From assembly GCA_049720475.1 (NCBI GenBank), contig JBNASH010000034.1, positions 1 through 52,001 of the forward strand: a stretch of DNA of 52,001 nucleotides. Direction: 5' to 3'. The translations under genes and the position numbers were made by a program. How positions within the stretch are numbered: position 1 is the first letter of the stretch; each line of letters starts with the position of its first letter. This document shows positions 45,024 through 52,001 of the stretch, piece after piece. Below the pieces are notes generated by a model that did not search any database, was not told where the DNA came from, and saw nothing but the letters and a program-made list of their open reading frames with translations. Origin of the DNA: Minisyncoccia bacterium. GTDB taxonomy: Bacteria; Patescibacteriota; Minisyncoccia; UBA6257; JAAZHW01.

Positions 45024-45770
45024 ATGACTATCAAAAATTTAAAAAAACGTTTGGATTGTCTTTTGGTTGACAAAAAAATTGTAGAAACTCGAAGCAAGGC
45101 CAGCGAACTTATTAAAAAAGGAAAAGTAAAGGTGGAAGGTAAAACTATTGTTAAACCGGGTAAATTGGTTAATCCTGCTTCACGAATAGAAATTGAGAAA
45201 GATAAATTTTTTTATGTTAGCCGCGCCGGCGAGAAATTAGCCTACGCTTTAGAAAAATTTAATATTAATGTTGCTAATAAAATTTGTTTGGATGTTGGTT
45301 CGTCAACGGGCGGCTTTGTGGATTGTTTGATAAAAAATGGTGCTAAAATAGTTTATGCTGTTGATGTTGGTCAAAATCAATTACATTCAAGTTTAAGAAA
45401 AAATAAAAAAGTCCGAGTGTTTGAAAACACCGACATCAGAAATTTTTCTTTGCCAAAGAACAAAAAAGTTAATTTGATTACAGTTGATATCAGTTTTATT
45501 TCCGTGAAATTAATTTTACCCATTCTTAAAAAATTTTTATTACCGAATGCTGAAATAATTGTTTTGATCAAACCTCAATTTGAGGTGGGCAGAAAATATT
45601 TAAATAAAAAAGGTGTTGTTAAAGATTTTTCGGTAGTGGAGAAAATTATTAAAGAAATTATTCAAACTGCCACTCAAGCCGGATTTCTTCCTCAAGGATT
45701 AATTACCTCCCCAATTAAAGGAAAAGAAGGCAATCAAGAATTTCTGCTCTATTTAAAATGGACAAGTTGA
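45024..45770 (+). CDS. tlyA: TlyA-family rRNA (cytidine-2'-O)-methyltransferase
   Basis: N-terminal S4 domain (RLDCLLVDKKIVETRSKASELIKKGKVKVEG), SRAGEKL, a SAM motif (LDVGSSTGGFVDCL) and KPQFE. Confidence 0.9.
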   Translation: MTIKNLKKRLDCLLVDKKIVETRSKASELIKKGKVKVEGKTIVKPGKLVNPASRIEIEKDKFFYVSRAGEKLAYALEKFNINVANKICLDVGSSTGGFVDCLIKNGAKIVYAVDVGQNQLHSSLRKNKKVRVFENTDIRNFSLPKNKKVNLITVDISFISVKLILPILKKFLLPNAEIIVLIKPQFEVGRKYLNKKGVVKDFSVVEKIIKEIIQTATQAGFLPQGLITSPIKGKEGNQEFLLYLKWTS

Positions 45771-45848
45771 AAAATAAGAACTATTTAATCAAAATAGTAA
45801 GCCATCCCATCTTTTCTTTTTTATTTTTTGGAGTAATATATAGAGAGA

Positions 45849-46919
45849 ATGACGACTCTGCTAATAGTTAATTTTGTCTTTTTAATTTTAGGATTAGGCG
45901 CTGTTATCGCCGCGCTTTTAATTTTGATTAAAAGAATTAATAAAAATAAAGAAAATGATACGGCTTTGATTCTTTTACAGAACCAAATTAACAAAATTAA
46001 TGAAACGCTGGATTTGAGACTTTCCGAGTCGGGCGAGGTTTTGCGAAAACAATTTAGCGAAAGTTCGCGGTTAATTAAAGAAATTACCGAAGAATTAACC
46101 AAAGTCGGGGAGGGACAAAAACAAGTTTTTGACTTAGCAAAGCAATTGGAACAACTCCAGGATATTTTAAAAAATCCCAAGCACCGTGGTATTTTAGGCG
46201 AATATTATCTTGAAGTGACTTTAAAAAATTTTCTGCCTGCCAATGCTTATCAATTACAATATGAATTGGGCAAGGATGAGAATGGTCAAAAGTTAATTGT
46301 TGATGCTGCTATTTTTATTAAAGATAAAATTATTCCCGTTGATTCCAAATTTTCTCTGGAAAATTACAACCGTCTTTTAACCGAAATCGATCCCAATCGG
46401 AAAAAAGAATTGGAAAAATCCGTTTATAACGATTTAAAAATTCGTATTAATGAAACTTCAAAATATATCCAGCCAAAAAAAGGAACAACCGACTTTGCTT
46501 TTATGTTTATTCCCTCCGAAGCGCTTTACTATGATTTGCTAATTAATAAAGTGGGAAGCATGGAATCAAACACTCGTGATTTAATAGAATATGCTGTGAG
46601 AGAGAAAAGAGTAATTATTGTTTCAGCCACAACCTTTGCTGCTTATTTACAAACTGTTCTTCAGGGGTTAAGGGCTTTTCAAATTGAGGAATCAGCTAAA
46701 GAAATTATTAAAAAAGTTGAGGAATTACGAAAACACCTCGCCAATTACGAACTTTATATGGAAAAATTGGGCAATAATTTATCAACCACCGTTAATACCT
46801 ACAACAGCGCCCATAAAGAATTTGTCAAAATCGATAAAGATGTTTTAAAAATTTCAGGCGAAGGATTTTTGAAAAATGATCAAAGAATTATTCCTCCACC
46901 TGAAATTGAAGAGAAATAA
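45849..46919 (+). CDS. rmuC: DNA recombination protein RmuC
   Basis: N-terminal transmembrane helix, a coiled coil, and an RmuC nuclease-like core (RGILGEYYLE, VDAAIFI...IPVDSKF, FMFIPSEALY). Confidence 0.85.
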   Translation: MTTLLIVNFVFLILGLGAVIAALLILIKRINKNKENDTALILLQNQINKINETLDLRLSESGEVLRKQFSESSRLIKEITEELTKVGEGQKQVFDLAKQLEQLQDILKNPKHRGILGEYYLEVTLKNFLPANAYQLQYELGKDENGQKLIVDAAIFIKDKIIPVDSKFSLENYNRLLTEIDPNRKKELEKSVYNDLKIRINETSKYIQPKKGTTDFAFMFIPSEALYYDLLINKVGSMESNTRDLIEYAVREKRVIIVSATTFAAYLQTVLQGLRAFQIEESAKEIIKKVEELRKHLANYELYMEKLGNNLSTTVNTYNSAHKEFVKIDKDVLKISGEGFLKNDQRIIPPPEIEEK

Positions 46920-46924
46920 AAAAT

Positions 46925-48331
46925 ATGGAGAGAACATATATTAAAGATCTACCTTCAAAAATTGGTCAAGAAGTCTTACTCAAAGGCTGGGTTGATACGC
47001 GGCGCGATCATGGAAAACTGATTTTCATTGATTTGCGGGATAAAACCGGCTTTGTTCAAGTGGTTTTTTTACCTTCTAGTGAAGCTTATAATCAAGCTAA
47101 AGAATTAAGAAATGAATGGGTGATTGAATTAATTGGCAAAGTTAATGAAAGACCAAAAGGAATGGAAAATCCAAAAATTGAAACTGGCAATATTGAAATT
47201 GAAGCTCAAAAATTAGTTATTTTAAACCAAAGTAAAACTTTGCCGATTGCTATTGATAAAGACGGGTTTGAAATAGGCGAGGAACATCGATTGAAATATC
47301 GCTATTTAGATTTAAGACGGCAACGGCTTCAGAAAAATTTAAGAATGCGACATCAAATTATTTTAATGATGAGAAACTATTTAAGCGAGAAAGGGTTTGT
47401 TGAAATTGAAACTCCGATTTTAACTAAATCAACTCCCGAAGGCGCGCGCGATTATGTTGTGCCTTCAAGATTGCATCATGGAAAATTTTATGCACTGCCG
47501 CAATCACCCCAGCAATATAAACAACTCTTAATGGTTGCCGGCTTTGAAAAGTATTTTCAAATTGCTCGATGTTTTCGCGATGAGGATACTCGTGGCGATC
47601 GCCAGCCCGAATTTACCCAGTTGGATATTGAGATGAGTTTTCCAACCCAGGAAGCAATTCTGGGATTGATCGAAGATTTGTATTTAAAAATCGTTAAAGA
47701 ATTATTCCCAGAAAAAACTTTAACTTTCGAATCTTTCCCCAGACTTTCTTATCAAGAAGTAATGGAAAAGTACAATTCGGATAAACCCGATTTGCGTAAA
47801 GACAAAAACAATCCGAATGAATTAGCTTTTGCTTTTGTAGTGAATTTTCCAATGTTTGAATGGAAAGAAACAGAAAAAAGATGGGATGCCGTGCACCATC
47901 CTTTTACCAAAGCTCAAAATCTCGATAATTTGCCTCCTGAAGAATTTGTTAAATATTTGGAAGAAAATCCAGGTAAAGTATTGGCTCATCAGTATGATGT
48001 GGTTTTGAATGGTTATGAAATTGGCGGTGGTTCCATTCGTGAGCATAATCCTTATATTCTTCAAAAAGTGTTTGAAATAATGGGCAATAAACCCGAGGAA
48101 ATTAAAGAAAAGTTTGGCCATATTTTGGAAGCTTTTGAATATGGAGTGCCGCCACATGGCGGTATTGCCATGGGTATTGATCGTTTGGTGATGATTTTAA
48201 TGAATGAACCAAGCATTCGCGAGGTTATTGCTTTTCCAAAAACTGGCGATGGTAGAGATTTAATGATGAATGCGCCGTCAGAAATTGATAAACAACAGTT
48301 AAAAGAATTAGGCATCGACATTAAAAAGTAA
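46925..48331 (+). CDS. aspS: aspartate--tRNA ligase, bacterial type but without the GAD insertion domain
   Basis: N-terminal OB fold, class II motifs (FRDEDTRGDRQPEFTQLDIEMSF, GGGSIREH, GIAMGIDRLVM). DKPDLR is followed almost directly by FPMFE. Confidence 0.9.
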   Translation: MERTYIKDLPSKIGQEVLLKGWVDTRRDHGKLIFIDLRDKTGFVQVVFLPSSEAYNQAKELRNEWVIELIGKVNERPKGMENPKIETGNIEIEAQKLVILNQSKTLPIAIDKDGFEIGEEHRLKYRYLDLRRQRLQKNLRMRHQIILMMRNYLSEKGFVEIETPILTKSTPEGARDYVVPSRLHHGKFYALPQSPQQYKQLLMVAGFEKYFQIARCFRDEDTRGDRQPEFTQLDIEMSFPTQEAILGLIEDLYLKIVKELFPEKTLTFESFPRLSYQEVMEKYNSDKPDLRKDKNNPNELAFAFVVNFPMFEWKETEKRWDAVHHPFTKAQNLDNLPPEEFVKYLEENPGKVLAHQYDVVLNGYEIGGGSIREHNPYILQKVFEIMGNKPEEIKEKFGHILEAFEYGVPPHGGIAMGIDRLVMILMNEPSIREVIAFPKTGDGRDLMMNAPSEIDKQQLKELGIDIKK

Positions 48332-48403
48332 AATGCTGATCATTAATCATTTTTTGGCTCGAAGCAACATCCAGCCCTTTATTTTTGTTAAAAAATTTGG
48401 TAA

Positions 48404-50425
<2,022 letters not shown>

Positions 50426-50456
50426 CGTTTAAATTTTAATATTTAACAATAAGTTT

Positions 50457-50648
50457 ATGTTAGCCAAATTCAAAAACTATATCAAAGAAGTAAAGAACGA
50501 ATTCAAACATGTTAATTGGTTGACTAAAAACCAAGCTATTAAATATACCTTAATTGTTATTGGTCTTTCTTTAATTATGGCTATGTTTTTGGGGCTTTGT
50601 GATTTTCTTTTTACTGGAATCCTAAGCCGATTCATTTTGCAATCCTAA
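50457..50648 (+). CDS. secE: preprotein translocase subunit SecE
   Basis: 63 aa with VKNEFKHVNW..K.. followed by a single transmembrane helix. It lies directly upstream of nusG. Confidence 0.85.
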   Translation: MLAKFKNYIKEVKNEFKHVNWLTKNQAIKYTLIVIGLSLIMAMFLGLCDFLFTGILSRFILQS

Positions 50649-50649
50649 T

Positions 50650-51195
50650 ATGCCAAAACAGCAATCAAACGAAAGAAGATGGTATGCCATTCATACTTAT
50701 TCAGGATACGAAGACGCGGTAGCGCGTTATTTGAAGCAAAGAATAGAAACGCTTGATATGCATGATAAAATTTTTAATGTTATTGTTCCAAAAGAAAAAA
50801 AGATAAAAATTAAGGGAGGCAAAAGATATGTGGTGGAAGAAAAAATTTACCCTGGTTATGTTTTGGTTGATATGATTTTAACCGATGATTCATGGTATGT
50901 GGTGCGCAACACTCCGCGCGTTTCTGGCTTCATCGGCGCTGATGCCACCAAACCATCGCCTTTGTCCGAAGAAGAAGTTCAGGCACTTTTGAAACGAATG
51001 AACGTTGAAGAGCCTAAATATAAATTTGATTTTCAAATTGGCGATACAGTTAAAATTATTGATGGTCCTTTTAAGGATTTTGATGGTAAAATTAAAGAAA
51101 TCGATGAGGAAAATGCAAAATTAAAAGTTTTGGTTACTATTTTTGGACGCGAGACGCCCGTTGAGTTAGATTTCTTGCAAGTTAAAAAAATATAA
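50650..51195 (+). CDS. nusG: transcription termination/antitermination factor NusG
   Basis: The product has WYAIHTYSGYE (NGN domain) and a C-terminal KOW domain (GDTVKIIDGPFKDFDGKI). Confidence 0.95.
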   Translation: MPKQQSNERRWYAIHTYSGYEDAVARYLKQRIETLDMHDKIFNVIVPKEKKIKIKGGKRYVVEEKIYPGYVLVDMILTDDSWYVVRNTPRVSGFIGADATKPSPLSEEEVQALLKRMNVEEPKYKFDFQIGDTVKIIDGPFKDFDGKIKEIDEENAKLKVLVTIFGRETPVELDFLQVKKI

Positions 51196-51210
51196 TTAAG
51201 ATAAAACAAT

Positions 51211-51633
51211 ATGAAAAAAATCAAAGCTCAAATTAAATTACAAATTCCAGCCGGCCAAGCGAATCCTGCACCACCCGTAGGCACAGCTTTAGGTCCTCAA
51301 GGTATAAACATTGGCGAATTTTGTCAGAGATTTAATGAAGCCACCAAAGATAAAATGGGAAGTATTATTCCAGTTGAAATCACGATTTATGAAGATAGAA
51401 CTTATGAATTTAAATTAAAGACGCCTCCCGCTTCAGATTTATTAAAAAAAGCCGCCGGAATTAGCAAAGGTTCGGGAGAGCCAAACAGAAAGAAAGTTGG
51501 TAAAGTAACGCGAGCCCAAATTAGAGAAATTGCGGAAATAAAAATGCCAGATTTAAATGCTACTGATATTGAAGCCGCAATGAAAATGATTGAGGGAACA
51601 GCTAGAAATATGGGAATAGAAGTGGTTGATTAG
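51211..51633 (+). CDS. rplK: 50S ribosomal protein L11
   Basis: The product has [26 protein letters not shown] and a full-length L11 layout. Confidence 0.95.
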   Translation: MKKIKAQIKLQIPAGQANPAPPVGTALGPQGINIGEFCQRFNEATKDKMGSIIPVEITIYEDRTYEFKLKTPPASDLLKKAAGISKGSGEPNRKKVGKVTRAQIREIAEIKMPDLNATDIEAAMKMIEGTARNMGIEVVD

Positions 51634-51654
51634 CCAAATTTTTTGATTGAATAT

Positions 51655-51682
51655 AAAAAACTCGGCTAAAGCCGAGTTTTTT
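51655..51682 (+). terminator. intrinsic terminator after rplK
   Basis: aaaaaactcggc-taaa-gccgagtttttt. Confidence 0.85.
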
Positions 51683-51689
51683 GTTTTGT

Positions 51690-51698
51690 TGTGGATAA
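51690..51698 (-). promoter_or_regulatory. perfect consensus DnaA box (TGTGGATAA = TTATCCACA on the minus strand)
   Basis: Exact 9-mer in the intergenic region between the rplK terminator and the next gene. Confidence 0.35.
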
Positions 51699-51735
51699 AA
51701 ATACTTACTTATTATTAAAAAATGTTATAATTTTA

Positions 51736-52001
51736 ATGATGGGAGCTAAGTCAAAAAAACAAACATTAGCCTATTTTGGTGATATTAAAAAAATAAAGGG
51801 TGAAGAAGTAATTGATTTAAGAAAAAAACCTAATTTTTGGGGTTGGTTAGTTATTGTTTTTGCTTTAATTGTTGGTGGTTGGCTTTTTTATGGCGCAGTT
51901 ATTAAAGCCGATATCGCTTATTTTTATCCGACAGTGGCTTTGGGTACTTGGCAAAATATTGATAAAGCTGCAGGTCAGCCGGATTTAACTTTTGAGGCGA
52001 G
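51736..52001 (+). CDS. hypothetical membrane protein, 5' part only (runs off the window)
   Basis: ATGATG at 51736 opens a frame with no stop up to the window end: MMGAKSKKQTLAYFGDIKKIKGEEVIDLRKKPNFWGWLVIVFALIVGGWLFYGAV... It includes one clear transmembrane helix. Confidence 0.5.
   Translation, partial: MMGAKSKKQTLAYFGDIKKIKGEEVIDLRKKPNFWGWLVIVFALIVGGWLFYGAVIKADIAYFYPTVALGTWQNIDKAAGQPDLTFEA

Noticed and set aside
45821-46180. 119-aa minus-strand ORF
   Set aside because: It is antisense to the rmuC 5' region. rmuC has clear family motifs and this ORF has none.

Overview
AT-rich (roughly one-third G+C by eye), tightly packed bacterial chromosome segment read with the standard bacterial code: TGA acts as a real stop at ruvA 10921-10923 and at the patatin gene 22731-22733. 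I can support about 55 protein-coding genes, 10 tRNA genes, one frameshifted pseudogene, a CIRCE operator with a consensus promoter, and about 10 intrinsic terminators. I saw no rRNA, CRISPR array, transposase, integrase or phage genes. Most content is housekeeping: pheST, argS, aspS, a membrane pyrophosphatase, ruvA, a MurE-like ligase, PBP1A, dnaX, rsmI, anaerobic nrdDG, the hrcA-grpE-dnaK-dnaJ operon, rmuC, gyrB and secE-nusG-rplK. Several proteins have reduced domain architectures: PheT lacks its OB-fold, AspRS lacks the GAD insertion, DnaX is gamma-sized, HrcA is short, and TspO lacks its first helix. Shine-Dalgarno sequences are almost absent and the gene set looks anaerobic. Together these suggest a reduced-genome, CPR/Patescibacteria-like organism; that is inference, not something I could test. 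The best candidate for an undescribed system is a five-gene, translationally coupled operon at 15907-19420 (minus strand). It extends the catalogued but functionally unassigned AmmeMemoRadiSam trio (AMMECR1, Memo-like, radical SAM) with an unrecognisable 264-aa first cistron and a free-standing tRNA-binding OB-fold last cistron. Other points worth a second look include tRNA genes placed 0-16 nt from coding genes, including a tRNA-bracketed pheST unit; an initiator-like tRNA with non-canonical C33 and G55; a decayed zinc-ribbon-less SIR2 gene; an exact 30-nt hairpin repeat bracketing a 2.5-kb segment next to tRNA-Gln; an extremely acidic 68-aa protein; a membrane ORF inside the dnaK-dnaJ operon; and a TMTC-like glycosyltransferase pair with a possible Thr/Pro-repeat substrate.
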